Source: Basidiobolus meristosporus CBS 931.73
Taxonomy: Eukaryota > Fungi > Basidiobolomycota
Length of the DNA: 64,000 nucleotides
Reading direction: 5' to 3'
Assembly: GCA_002104905.1 (NCBI GenBank)
Contig: MCFE01000375.1
Location: 20,782-84,781, forward strand
The notes beneath the pieces were generated by a model. It was not told the origin of the DNA, did no database searches, and worked only from the letters and a program-made list of their open reading frames with translations. A program made the position numbers and the translations under genes. This document shows, piece by piece, positions 12,901-25,918 of this stretch (position 1 is the stretch's first letter; each line of letters starts with the position of its first letter).

Positions 12901-14961
12901 TATTGTCCCAGTATGGTGCCCATACCAGTAAGACTTCCATCACAGTTAATGCAAAATCTTGCATCCCAATTAGGAAAATGTAACACTGGTGGTGACATCA
13001 AGGAATGTTTCAGCTGATTGAAAGTCACCATGTGCTGCCTGTTGTTAACTACTAAGCGCTTTAGACTTTGTGTTTCAAATTTTGGCGGCATCCATACTTC
13101 AGGGATCAAGATTACTTCCAGTTGCTTGGATGCCTTTGTTGCGGTTATCATTGCTCCACTTGTCAAACAAGTTATTGGTGTCTCTAAGAGATCACCATCT
13201 CACTGGCAGGTGGTATTTTCATCACCTTTTGTGTGATGATTGGAGACTGCAATGGTTTCACCTCTTCAATAGTCAAACCATTGCTACACTCCTTCCTCTC
13301 ATTGGCAATATGAATCAGCAGGATACTATTGGTATCCCACCTGAGTTCAGATGCACTGTAAAGTATGTCCATCTTATGTTGGATAAACCCACTCTTGCCA
13401 ATGAGTAAGTTGTTGGCTGCAATGGGTTGGACCACAATATCTTGGTGTATAATTAAGTTGCCTAGCTGGATGGGGCAATTAGGCACTACTCCTACTGTTG
13501 TGTCTGGTTGGTCATTTGTTAGCCATACCCAAATGGTGTTGTTGGGGACTATATCCAACTTTAGCTGTTTTGCTAATGACTCTGACATGATCAATGTAGA
13601 AGATCCTGTGTCAATAAGGGCAAGAATCTCCTTATTCTCTATACTTACCTTTACATATGTACCATTATTTGGTTTTTATTGGACTATATGGTTGACATGA
13701 AGGGTTGTTATCTCCTTCAATCTCACTATTGGCTCCTTGACTAGAGCTGGGGCAAGTCCCAGTAAATTGGTTATCGACAGGGTTGCCTTAGTTTTCTCTA
13801 GTATCTTCATTATGGGGAATAGGCCATGTGAAGATGTACTAGCATTCTTTGTTTGCTTCAACACTTCTTCCCAAGGCTTATTCTGTACCTCTTCAACTAA
13901 CTCCACATTCTTTCCTTTTGACAAAACCACTACTGCAGGTTCCTTTGCCTCCTCTCTAGAAGCATCATGTCAATGCTTCTTCTTCCGCACTTCAACTGCT
14001 CTGACCACTTATGGGGATCCCTGTCCTTCAATCACTTGTATTACTATAGGGTAGCCCCATAGCAAGACAACCACTTGTACTTGCTTGACCAACTCTTGCA
14101 GCGTTTTACATCCCTGTTGATCTTTGAATGCCCTACATCTTACTTTGTTGTCTAAGCCCATGATATAAGACCTCATGAGCTGTCATTTGGCAGCTTTGTC
14201 CTTTGGGAGACCTCAAACTCATTGGAGAAACAGTTCAGTGTAGGCTTCATAGCTCTCACTGCTTTTCTTCCATGAAGACAGTAAAAGGGCTTTGTAGTGG
14301 CACCCCTTGGCATATAGAAAGTGTATCTTATAGGCTTCTTCTAGTACATCCCAGCCGTCATTAACTATGTCTTCCAACCCATAATGCCATTGCCATGCTG
14401 GACCTTCCATTTGTGTTGCAAACTCCCTTACTTTCTTGTGGTTGTCCCATCCTGCATCCACTGTAACTCTCTCCAACTTATCAAACCACTCAAGGGCTTT
14501 CTCTTTCTTTCCCTTGTAGGTTTTTAGTTTGATTGTAGTTGTCATTACCTCATTTGTGCTTATTTCTGCAGAGACAGCACCAAATATGTGGGTTATCACT
14601 GACTGTACCTGGTGAGTGGGAGAGCTTGTAGGTCAAGTCAGTACCACTTGGTTCAGCATAGCTTCTAATAGAAGGTAGAAAGATAATAAAGACTTGTGTT
14701 TATTCTGTCCAAATCTTCCTGTTCTGTTACTTGGTTCAATTGGATTTATATATATATCACTTGGGAGGCATAGATAAAAGACCATTTGTTATAAAATAGG
14801 GGTGTGAACACCTTCCTGTTATGGTAAGTGTTCCAACTAGATAAGGGCAGGAATAGGAGGGATGATGCAGGGGGAATCATAGGGAGGATACTGGAGGACT
14901 CTGGGTAGGACTCTGGGGAGAACTCTTGGACAAACAGTTGGTACTACATTCAGTACTTGCA
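9908..14961 (-). mobile_element. RT-less Ty3/Gypsy element nested in the Copia gag
   Basis: LTRs at ~9908-10286 and ~14587-14961 align end to end; PBS-like TTTGGTGCTGTC. Remnants of gag (14219-14599), a protease-like region (13184-13594), RNase H (CINCDGS...ECLSV...VMDHS) and integrase (GHAN...FYW...CSTC, GIDFVGP, YHPQTNGLTKR). No RT motifs seen. Confidence 0.85.
10300..11420 (-). pseudogene. Disrupted extra ORF of unknown function between integrase and the 3' LTR
   Basis: About 170 codons with one internal stop (AQKGEQKNAYES...DKLPMPM*SMEILPKK...LNSPAS*), followed by further open stretches in neighbouring frames. Confidence 0.45.
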
Positions 14962-14962
14962 C

Positions 14963-15848
14963 TGTAGTGGGGTAACAGTGACACCCACTGACAGATTTGT
15001 CCACTCCCATATCTTCTACTTCCCTATTTCTCTGCTACCCTTATTTCAGTTTTATCCCATTTGTCTTATCTGACTAGTACTGTCCCATAAGCTGGTTAAC
15101 TATAATACCAGCTTATTGGACTTGTTCCATCATTCCAGCTGATCATAGTGCCCAATAGTGCCATAGCATGCCAGATGGTGCCTGATCATGCTATAGAGTG
15201 CCAGATGGTGCCATACAATGCCAATTTGGGATCAAAATTTACATGCATATGACCCTAAAATATCAAATTAACAACAAAATATAGAGCACTTTCTGGCACT
15301 ATGATCAATGGCACAATGAAACTAGTATGATCACCACTACCTGCTGCTACCTAAACTTCCAATCACAAATCACAGGACCCTCCCATGAAACCTCAGCAAC
15401 AGCCAACTGACCTTGGAGGCATTACTTGTGAGAAATACTCTGAGATGGTATCTTTTTTATATTTGACTCTTTCCCCAGCTTGTTTGTATACAGGGAAAGA
15501 TACATTTTGGCTTTTGTAACTGTTTACTACTGATGCCTTTTTATCAAGTCCCTGCTGGTGAGATTCACAGATGTATTGACCTTGGTAGCTCTAGTACATT
15601 GTCATCTCAAAGGACACTAAACCCAGCACATAATTTTGTTATGATACCAACTAAGTTGAGGATTGTAACTCACTGGTTTTCCATCTACATGCTTGTGACT
15701 TTATTCCCCTTCACATTAGAGGAGAGGCAGAGCCCAAGCATTCCTTTCAAGCTTTTATCATAGGTTATTGCATCCAGTGAGCACCCCACACACAAGATAC
15801 TTCAGAAGTGTTAGGCATATATCTCCCTTGAGCTTGTACACCACCACA
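14963..15848 (+). repeat. Degenerate solo LTR of Gypsy family X
   Basis: Termini TGTAGTGG...CCACCACA and 4-bp TSD GCAC (14959-14962, 15849-15852). Both ends align with the reverse complement of 62556-63626. Confidence 0.85.
15120..15326. mobile_element. Possible ~205-bp mini-MITE inside the solo LTR
   Basis: Starts ACTTGTTCC and ends GAAACTAGT, with GTGCCA repeats on the left and TGGCAC repeats on the right as in the 33.6-kb MITE. Absent from the intact X LTR. Confidence 0.4.
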
Positions 15849-16182
15849 GCACTTGATTGTCTTAATTTTTGATGCTGGGGTCTTGCTTATATCTAATTAA
15901 AGGTCAGGTCTTCTGTTCTGGACTCTAAATCTAGTACAAAGCCCTGAAACTTGTCTGTTGAGCTACTCAGGATGGTAACTGTCACATCCTCATCAGCAGT
16001 AGGTACACCCACAGATTTCATCTCCCATGACAGTATCCCAAAGCCCTCTTTATTGTAGCTGCATCTTCATCTTCACTGTCCACACTTTGTAGTCAAATCC
16101 ATTCAGCTTTTCAGCAGTGTAAGAGATTCCAGTAACAGCAGTAGTGGACATTACAGAGAGTGACAGCTTGGGGCTCATGCCA

Positions 16183-16529
16183 TGTTGTAAGATTCTTGGA
16201 GATACTAGAAGTGATTGGGAGAACAAGTACATTATGTGGTTTTCACTTAAAGATTTATCAAAGGTAAAAGTAGTGTTTATGCTTTTATATAGTCTTGGGA
16301 TAACAGACATATAACATAGGCTTAGGAAGGTCCCAAGAACTTGTGTGCAAAGTTTAGGGCTGTTTGACCAATTTTGAGAATTTTATGTTCTGGGTACTTA
16401 ATATTCCTTTGAAAATATTCTAAGTATACCCCAACACGGAATTTGGTGAGTACTCACTAGGACTTGAAGGTAATGATCTAAGGAACTAAGTTAGGCAAAT
16501 ATTCTGGCAGAATACCAATTTTTGCAACA
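16183..16529 (-). repeat. Copia 5' LTR (347 bp)
   Basis: TGTTGTAA...TTTGCAACA on the + strand; followed on the - strand by the PBS-like motif and gag. Confidence 0.85.
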
Positions 16530-16534
16530 GTTGC

Positions 16535-17640
16535 TACTATTTGCCATGAACACCTCCTGAGAATTGGCAAAGAACTTATTGGTATTTGGCCAATATATTT
16601 CTTCTCCCTGCTGGATTGTAGTCCCCCTGGTAAGTGAACTCTGGCTCTTTTTTGTGTGAGTTCTGAATTAAATGGTGTAGAAGCTGGCTTGTGACCAAGA
16701 GAAACCCAGTAAGTTTTGGTCAAGTTGTTTAACAAAATTAGTTGCTTGTTATGTCAAACCCAACCATGAATAACTGCACTAATCACCCACTCATTGGGGC
16801 TGCTTAGACTATGAATGCTAAAGCATAGGTGTCTCTATGTGCACATCTGTCCTCAGTATTCTCCAAATCTTCCTGGCTGTTGTCCAAATTTCAACTCATC
16901 ACATTCATCACAGACTTGAGGGCTACATTCTTGATTAGATTGCAATACAGTAGTAGCTGTGACTTGACTTGTCTTCCCATATCCCCACACATCTGCACCA
17001 TGGGACACTCCCAAAGTGTGAAGCAAGGCCTAATATTCTCCTCACACCAAGCAAGAGGGAGTGGAGAATGGGCACAGTAGCACAAGAGATATATGCAGGC
17101 AGCTTTATGCTTCTGGTAGAGCTGCATAAATCCCATGACAAACTCCTTGCATGAAAGCTGTGGTTGCATTAAGTTGTCATGTGTGATCTGCTTCAGGATA
17201 AATATTCCTACAATGCCAACATATAACTCTCCATGCTTCCAATGTATTTCTGGTAGAAACAGCTTCAGAAGGCTACATAAATAATGACATATTCAGTTCA
17301 ATCAGTCCTTCCATTTCTATAGTAGTATATAAGAATGAATGTTGATTGGAGCTTGTGAGAAGTGGTTAGGGTAATAGATACTCTGTAATATCTTGCCAAT
17401 TCTTTGAAATATCTCAATTATCATGAAGTGCTTATTAATGTTGAATTGCCCCATTTGCAACTTAAACATTAGTATATGGATATTATTGAAAAGAAAATGC
17501 ATTTCAACCAGTGGAATTATAGTATGTGCTTTAACATTAGGACTATTTACTATCATTCTTCTGAAAAGATACAAAATTCATTCAGCAATGGTCACAGGTA
17601 GCTATCCAGGTTGGACAGTGTTTTGGCCCAAATACCAGTG
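16535..17640 (-). pseudogene. CACTA/EnSpm-like (Tnp2-type) transposase relic, copy 1
   Basis: EMHFLFNNIHILM..LQMGQF, RIGKILQS.YYP.HFSQAP, LLKLFLPEIHWKH, ENIRPCFTLWECPMVQMCG.MGRQVKSQ...Y.NL follow the MH..N / PRxI / L.P..W.H / IGP.W..W.FPMER.CG pattern of EnSpm transposases. Confidence 0.7.
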
Positions 17641-17719
17641 ACACTGCCATTGAATTTATGCTCCAATACTGTCAGATAGGTGGCAGATTCAGGTTGATTA
17701 GAATCAGTAGCCAGCCAAC

Positions 17720-18740
17720 TTTGCTAGTAGAGTACTTACTTACCTAGGTGTTTCCATGTGCACATCTGTTGTCAGTATTTTCCAACTCTTCCTGGCTGTC
17801 CTCAATGTGCCATATCAACACATCCATGTTGGATGTGAGAGTAATATTCTTAATGACAATGGGATATAGAAGTACCTGTAACTTGACTTGTCATCCGATC
17901 TCCCCAAACATCCACTCCATGGGAACTCCTATAAGGTGAAGAAAAGCCCAATATTCTCCACACACCAAGCAAGATGGAGTAGTGATTGGATACAATAGTG
18001 GCAGAGATCTACCCATACAGCTTTAAGTTTGTTGAATAACTGCTCAGATCCTGTCACATTCTTCTTGCACAAAAGATATAGATGTGTTAAGTAGGCATTG
18101 GTGATCTACTTCTGGACATATACTCCTACTATGTCCACATATGACTCCAAATGCTTCCAATGTATCCCTGAGAAAAAAATTGAGAAAAGGCCAGCAAAAT
18201 ACCATTGTAATATCAGTAGAATTCCAAGTGTCTCAAAATTGACAACACATAATATCTCTTTTTTTTGTTGATGGGCAGGTAAGCAGGTTCTCCAGGAGGA
18301 GACTGGACAAGCTAACATCCATACCAAATTTGGTAGTTAGCTGCCCATTACTTCCATCAAAAATTGCATTTGAAATTGGAACCCAATACACCAGCTGAAT
18401 ACCACCAAAATATCATTAGAATATCAGCAGAATACAAGCTAAAATCAGATGAATTCCAAGTTTAAGATTTTTCATAGGGGCACTCTTGGCAGAAATGGCT
18501 TCAAAAGGCCACTTGAGTAAGTACATATTGAGTTCATCTAGTCTTTGCATTTGTATTGTAGCAAATGCATACAAATAATGATTGAAGCCCATGAGAAGTA
18601 CTAGGGTAGCAGATACTCTGTAATATCTTGCCAATTCTTTCAAATTTCTCTGGTATCTCAAAGGGCTCATTTAACTTGAAATGCCCCATGTACAACTTGG
18701 TCATCAGTAAAGGGATAGTGTTGAAAAGCAAATGCATTGC
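17720..18740 (-). pseudogene. CACTA/EnSpm-like transposase relic, copy 2, with a ~300-bp insertion at ~18180-18480
   Basis: MHLLFNTIPLLMTKLYMGHF...ERIGKILQSICYP and IHWKHLE; 17748-17990 aligns with 16829-17090. Confidence 0.65.
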
Positions 18741-18829
18741 TCTTAGTGGAAAGGTCTTGCTCCAACAAATACCCTTTATCTTAGTATCTCTGATTTCTGA
18801 CTAATTCCATATTCTGGCCAAAGGCTTAT

Positions 18830-21800
18830 AGTTTGCTAACTTTGCTCCAATTGCATACTGATCTCTGTATATTCTCTCTGCAGGAGAATGATGCTCTCAG
18901 TATTGGCTTATGGGTAATAATAATGTATGCAAGGCAAATGAAGAACTTACAGCTCAAGATTATCAAAACCTCTTTGAAATTCCAGCTAAAATTGCAACTG
19001 TTCAAGCAAAGAAGCAATTAATTTTGCAGCCAAAAGCAATAGAGGTGCCACTCAAACTCAATGGCCAGTCATATGTAGCACTACTGGATACTGGATCATC
19101 CAACTCTATTGTATCACCCAATGTAGTCAAAGAACTCAAATTGTAAATAAAAAAGTGACCAGAAAAAATTATAAGTGTATCTAAGGATCTCTCAGCCCCA
19201 AGAATTGGTATCACCAACCCAATCAGCATACATTGTGGTTCAATGACTATAATCCATCAAATGGAGGTTATTGACATTCCAGATGGACCTCAGGTAGTCA
19301 TTGGTCTAGACACCTTCACCAGACTTGGCTTTCACATAGGCAGACTACCAGTTTCATATCATGGAATCACTAAGTCCCAGCCACCCAGAATGGATCAGGT
19401 TCCCAAGATTATCTCTCCCCATCCAGAAGCAGTGGTGTCAACCTAAACTTTTCAAGCATATTCTCACTCAGCCAAATTGGAAATTTAGCCAGCCATTGAA
19501 AGAAACCCAGCCACTCCCAGGAACAGTTTCTACACTATTCCAGAATCCATTGTTATGCTAGAAACCCCACATGGTGAATCATCATGGAGGAGGCAATACC
19601 CAATTCCACAATCATGTCAACACTTGGTTGATGAAATAGTCCAAAAGTGGGCGGACAATAGAATTATCACTCAAGCCCCTGTCAACACAACATTCAACAT
19701 CCCTTTGATGCTTGCACCTATGAAAGATGCTGATGGAAATCTAACTCTGAAGAGACCCTGTTTGGACTCTAGGCCTCTGAACAAGCTTCTCCAAGATGAT
19801 AAATTTCCAATTCCTAGAATCCCGGATATCTTTTCCTCACTATCAGGCGCAAAAGTATTCTCTAAACTGGACTTGAAGGATGCATATCACCAATTCCAGA
19901 TCCTTCCTGATCATCAGCATAAGACTGCCTTTACTTGGAATACTATGCAATGGATATTTCAGGGAGCTTCCTGTGGCCTAAAGACACTGAGCAGCATGTT
20001 CCAGAGAGTCATGACTATAATACTCAAGAACACACCATATGCCTTAGTATTTGCTGATGATGTCATTGTATTTTCCACAAACCGTGATGATCATGCAACC
20101 CATGTCACTGATGTGATCAATAGACTGAAAGCTGCTGGACCAATTCTTAATGCAGAGAAGTGCATTGTTGCCTGCCTCAAAATCAATCCACTTGGATTCA
20201 TTGTTGCACCAGATGGCCACCAGCTTGATCCTTTCAAACTGGTCAATATTTGTGAATGGCCAAAACCCACTAGTACTGAGCAACTCCAACATTATCTTGG
20301 AGTATTCAGCTATTTCAGGGAACATATTCCTCTCATGTACACATTGAGTGCCCCTTTAGATGCATTACATCATTGTCCTGATCTTGCCTCAGCATGGAAC
20401 CTGACTTATGACCAAGCAATTGAGTCACTCTGCCAGTTACTCTCACAAGCACCCACCTTAGCCTACCCAGATTTTACTGAGATGTTTGTTGTTCCTACAG
20501 ATGCATCTAATTTTGGGTTGGGGGTTGTCATTGACCAGGATGAAGAACAAAATCCACCCCACTGGATCTCTTTTCAAGCCAGATCCCTACAACCTGCTGA
20601 GAGAAACTATTCTCCCACCAAGAAGGAGCTACTTGCCATAGTCTTTGCCTTGAAGAAGTTTCATCAATACTTATGGGGTAACCCTTTTACTTTATACACA
20701 GACCACTGAGCCCTTCTCTGTATTAATACTCCAAAGACTCTGACTCCAACGCTTACCAACTGGCTTGATACTCTACTTAATTATGAATATACAGTTATTC
20801 ATTGCCCAGGAAGCCTCAACATCCTGCATGATTACCTTTCAAGACTTTCCCCAACTTCACCTAGGGAGGGACATGGGATTACTTACATAATCAGTAAGCT
20901 CACTACAGCTCCCAAAATATTCCCTCAACTGGATTCAGCAACTTGGAAGATCCCACAAGCCAATGAAAGAAAAGCATTGAAACAGAGGAGTCATTACTTG
21001 GCCACTTTGGTGCTGACACACTTATGAAGAAGCTACACTCTAATGGATATCACTGGCCAAGTATCAAAGCTGACTGCCTAGTATTTGTCCAGTCTTGCAG
21101 AAAATCTCAGCTTTACTATATCAGCCACCATGGATTTCACCCTTTGAGTCCCATCCATGCAAGCCTTCCTATGGATCATATTGCAATTGATCTAGCTGCA
21201 CCTTTTACCAATAGTGATGATGGCAATCACTACCAAGACAAGTATGCTGGCACTATTGCGCAAGCACTATTCAAGCTCTTCTACCTATTTGGATTCCCCA
21301 AGGTCATTCAGTTTGAGTAATGGAACAGAATTTGTAAGTCATGTGATCAGGGTCCTTTGCCAGAGTAGCACCATTGATCACCTCTGATCACTCCCTATCA
21401 TCCCAAAGCTGATGGACTTGCTGAAAGACATGTTCAGACCTCAGCGAGCATCATGAGGGAATCTATCAAAGGTACCAAGAAGATTTGGGACAAGTACATT
21501 CCAACAGTACAGTATGCTATAAACACCAAAATTGCTGCTCACATGAATCATCACAACTTTCTTTGATGTTTGGAAGAAAACTCAACTACTTTGGAGACTA
21601 TCAGAATACAGAGTTTGCAAAGTTGAACACTGATAAGCTAAAGAACCAACTTGAGTACCTTACCAACATTGTCTACCCTGCTATCAGTGCCAGAAGTAAG
21701 ACCTCACAGCAGAAGATGACTTCAACATACAGCTCAAGACACAGGAACAGCAGTTTCCTTGATGGGTCATATTTCATGACACTAGACCCAATCCAACAAT

Positions 21801-22854
21801 CTAAATTTGAACCCAAATATGAAAGCCCATTCAAAGTAATCAGATGTACCACTGAAGGATCTTGTGTACTTCAGGACAATACTGGAGCACTGCTACCCAA
21901 AAGCTTTCCACCTTCTTCACTCAAGCACATATCTCAACACCCAGTTACTTCTGAATCATATGAAGTTGAAGCTATTGGTGACCTTGATAGAGAAGAACCA
22001 AATTGACTTTATTTAGTAAAGTGGAAAGGTTATGATGCCAAACACAATACTGGGGAACCTATTACCAACTTTGATATTGTTGCCATCATTGATCAGTATT
22101 GGAGCTGCAGGGGAACCCAGAGGGTATCAGAAAACTCCTCTCCCAGGAGGAAGTGATGTTGTACATCAACATTTAAAACTTAGTCATTTTCACTCAGTTA
22201 GAAAATCTAGTACCCTAACTGATTTTCCCTAACCCAACCATAACTAATCCCTGTTGTTGTTTATTTTATCACTTCTCAGAATCTATTTTTAGCTGTCCCA
22301 CCTGATCAATTTTCAAGCGGTCATTGCATCCTCATCTGATCTGCTAAGCTTTTCCAAAGGATTAGTCATCTAAGATCTATCCAACCACTTAGTAGTTGCC
22401 AGGACATTAGCTGATTAATGATGCAACTTTTCATTTATCTTAGGCACCTATCAACACCCCAACAGGTTTCAATTAGTCCAGTCTGTTGGCGCTTACTAGT
22501 TGAACTTGATCAGAAAAATATAAATAAAGATTACTGAACCTTTTGGTTTAGTGTGTATCTCAGCAGAATTAAGATTGTGACTCAGCAAAATTCAGAATTC
22601 AACAATTCTGTTCTAGTTTCTGCCCAAGCCTAGCATATCTAGCACTACCAAAAGCACTAAGCCTAGCTTGCATAGCAAACCAACTCTGTTGCCTTTATAG
22701 CCCAACTCAGCTATATACTAGACTAATATTAGACCAGAACCTCACTGCTAATATTTCTGTCACTCTTGACAATTCTAATATTCAGCACTTAATTGTCACT
22801 TAGGTTCAGATAACTCATTCAAGAGTTTTATTACACTTTTGCTTGTACACAACA
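18830..22854 (+). mobile_element. 5'-truncated, degenerate chromodomain-bearing Ty3/Gypsy element
   Basis: Protease ALLDTGSS, RT (KLDLKDAYHQF, VFADDVIV), RNase H (TDASNFG, KKELLAIV, TDH), integrase (GHFG...YHWP, IAIDL) and chromodomain YEVEAI...YLVKWKGY. PPT AGGAGGAAGTGA precedes a 3' LTR at 22157-22854. Confidence 0.9.
22157..22854 (+). repeat. 3' LTR of the old chromovirus (698 bp)
   Basis: TGTTGTAC...CACAACA; aligns with the reverse complement of 52107-52804. Confidence 0.85.
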
Positions 22855-24266
22855 AGTGGTAAACAAAATGCTTTTCACCACAAGCTTATTTACCACACTG
22901 GAGTGTAGCTCAACTGGCTGCACTTCCTACTTATGAACTCAGCTGTTCTCTTGTTGGTGGTTCTTCTTTGCTACTATGAGATTCATGCTGTTTTGGGCTG
23001 ACTGCATCATTTGGTGAAAGCTGCAGCTTTTCTCTTATGTTTTGTAGTTTCTGTCTTAGGTAGACTTGTTTCTTGTTACCGTAATAACTGTCAAGTCTCA
23101 CTGCTTGCTTAACTGAGTACTACTTATATTGTACTCTATATTGTCTGTGATATATGTTTCACTGGCACATCTACTTTTTGCCAGCTTGTCCCTTACCAGC
23201 AATCTTCCAGTAACCTGTCATGATTACACTGCTTATTTCAGGCTTTCAGCTCTGCTTGTGATAGACTCCTGAGAAAGCCATGTGCTGCTATCACTTCCTG
23301 GTCCTTCACTGTACTTTGATTGAGTACATCCTTCATTGAAATATGGTCTTTCATTGATAAATGCTTCATTGATGCATTTGTGTCAACTTACCTGTCCAAT
23401 ACTAGCACTCCTCAGGTTACCTAATGTATCTTTGCTGCTGGTTTGGAGTTTTTAGTCCTGCTTGTGACAGGTCTGAGAAAGGCTGCCAGTTTTTAGCTGT
23501 GGCACCTTTATTCTTCAGCATTGGTTAATTTCTGCTCTTCTTGTGATACACTACTTGCATAATTATGCTGGTCCAAAACCATTTGCCCACCTCTATTCAG
23601 TATAATGCTCATGAAATAGATCAAGTGCATTTGACTTGGTCTTGAGTTCCTAATGGTTTCATGTCATGCTGGCCTGAAGGTAATGCTATTCAAGACTTAT
23701 TAAAGCCTCCTTATCATTACACTTAACAACTTCATGGATCTTCAGTGTCTTTTGATTTTTGACTTGGTGTTAAGAGTAACAGTCTCTCCCTGCCATGCAG
23801 TGACAGGTTTTTCAGTGAGCTTTATAGTTAAGCACTATTGTTGTGCTTCAATGCTATTACTAGCTGTTTTCTGGTCTTTGACAACTATTTTGACTGAGTG
23901 CTGCATGTATTGACCTACACTGTTACTTGTCAAATCTTGCACTGATGCATCAGTCTCCACCTGCTTGTCCCTTGCTGGCACTCCTCTGGCTGCCTGAGGT
24001 TTATTTGCCACTTGTGTGGTGCTTTCAGCCCTGCTTACACTAAGCTCTTGAGAAAGACACTGGTTTTTAGGTATGACCATTCAAGACTTCTAACAGCCTC
24101 TTGAATTTTCACCCACTTTTCATTAATGTAATCAGTGGCTTCACAAATCTTCAATGTGTTTTGACTTTTAGAATTGGGTTTGTGCAGCACAGTCTCCCTC
24201 CCATGCTCTAATGGGATTATCTGTGGGCTTTATCTTTGGGCACTGTTGTTGCGCTTCAAGAACTAG

Positions 24267-24725
24267 ACTTGTTCTGTTCAGTAGTGCAATATTGCACCAT
24301 GAGTGCCAAATAATGCCATAGTGTGCCAGGGAGGCCAAGTGAGCCTATACTTGGCCATAGAGTGTGCAGCATAGCTCTGCATCTTCATGCAAAGCAGCCT
24401 CTGTGTTTCACCCATTGTGCTGGAAAAATTCATTTTTTTGACCTTTTTTTTAGGTCTATGTTGTACAGGATTTGTAAGAGCACAAAAGGATAGAAGGTGT
24501 GCATTGGGTACTCAATACCCTTGGCACTCTGAATCTAGCTCTTGTTGCTTGTAACATGTCACAAAAATGCATGGGACTATTTTGGTCCACTGGTACTATC
24601 TGGCACTATATTTAGTTATTAGCTCTAAAGTGAGTTCAATGCTAAGAACGTATAGTGCCAGATAGTACTAGTGGACCAAGATAGTGCCATGCATTTTTGT
24701 GACATGTTATAAACAACATAGTTCC
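24267..24725. mobile_element. Truncated foldback MITE (complete left arm, partial right arm)
   Basis: Left arm aligns with 33599-33950. The internal inverted repeat 24550-24612 / 24650-24715 is visible. Confidence 0.75.
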
Positions 24726-24729
24726 TGAC

Positions 24730-25170
24730 TCAACCATTTCTCTTACTTTTCATGTGTACAAATTGCTTTATTTCCATTGAAACTTCAGATGTACCTCCAT
24801 TGCCAATTGTATTGACCTATACTAGTACCTATGCCCAACACTAACATTGAGCCCTACCCCATATTCAACAGGTGGCACCATTAAATCCACCATTCAATAA
24901 GTATATTTACTGTAGCACCCTTTTAGGAAATTTTGGCAGGAACATTGGCAGCATTATGCAACTGTTCATTTACTGGTTCCCATAGGTCCTGGTCTTCTGC
25001 TGGCCCTGCAAGGTCTGGCACATCATCCACCAGTCTTTGCAATAGACTTGTTCCATTGTACTGTGCCAGGGCATGCAGCGCAATCCACGGTTGTAAAGAA
25101 CAATTGGGTGTGATATTATAGCTACCAGAAGGAAGGATCTTTCTTGGACAATTTTGCACTATGCGGGACA
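24730..25170 (-). pseudogene. Possible PIF1/Helitron-type helicase fragment
   Basis: Across frames: ...NAANVPAKIS*KGATV.ILI..GGFNGATC...VNTIGNGG, resembling the P..L.LK.GA.V.L..N....NG..G motif of PIF1 helicases. Pattern match only. Confidence 0.35.
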
Positions 25171-25918
25171 ATCTCGCACACTATGGCACAATCTGACACA
25201 ATGAGGTTGGCACGGATGATTGCGCCAACTCGTAATGTTTGCATCACGTGCCCAATTGGATACCGCTATTATGGCAGGTAAAATCCGGTATTTGGATATG
25301 TTTCTTTAATGTAAATGGAAATAAATGTGTATCACACTATAAACTACGCTGATACTTACCATTTTGGTTACCCTCACTCCAATTAGACGGCATCTCAGTG
25401 GTTAATTGGTCCAAGAGTATCCTGAAGCTGGCAGCCCCCAATTGGCTCATTGACTACTAAAAAAGCTACCTGATTTGCCATCAAATATCCCATTTTGCTC
25501 ATTGAGCAAGTAAATCCCTGATCCTAGTGATTGGACAAGGTGTCATAGCCAGCACACAAGCAATTGTGTAGGTGCAAAACAGATCAATAGCTGCACTGGT
25601 ATTACAGATGACGTATATATTTGCAGGGTGTTTATTTATAGGGGTTCTGTCTCAAATGTGAGACAACCTTGATATTAATTATACCAAAAATTTGATGATC
25701 ACTGATTTGCAATGGCTCAAATTGGATTGCAAAAAAAATGGTTGTCAGGATCATTACAAATGTGAGCAATTCAAAGCAATTGCATCATCTTCTCCTGGGT
25801 TTTTTTCTCAGGGATTACTACTGAAGCATTTGGTAGTGACTCACTTTGCACACCTATACTACTTCCTGGCTGACTATCATCTTGGCTACTTGTGTATTTG
25901 TAGTCAGTATTTTGCCTC

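Larger units (their letters stand above)
7547..16529 (-). mobile_element. Ty1/Copia element with both LTRs, internally deleted, hosting nested insertions
   Basis: LTRs at 7547-7894 and 16183-16529, 5-bp TSD GTTGC on both sides (7542-7546, 16530-16534), PBS-like TGGCATGAGCCC and PPT-like GCATGGGAG. Remnants: gag AEKLNGFDYKVWTVKMKMQL, protease WYIDSAASQ, WHRRFGY, integrase MHSDNGGEY and RNase H end CPTDEMIADVFTK. Confidence 0.9.

Noticed and set aside
22860-24260. Decayed, possibly coding stretch with a diverged ~120-bp duplication (23760-23880 vs 24160-24270)
   Set aside because: No recognisable motif; cannot be classified.
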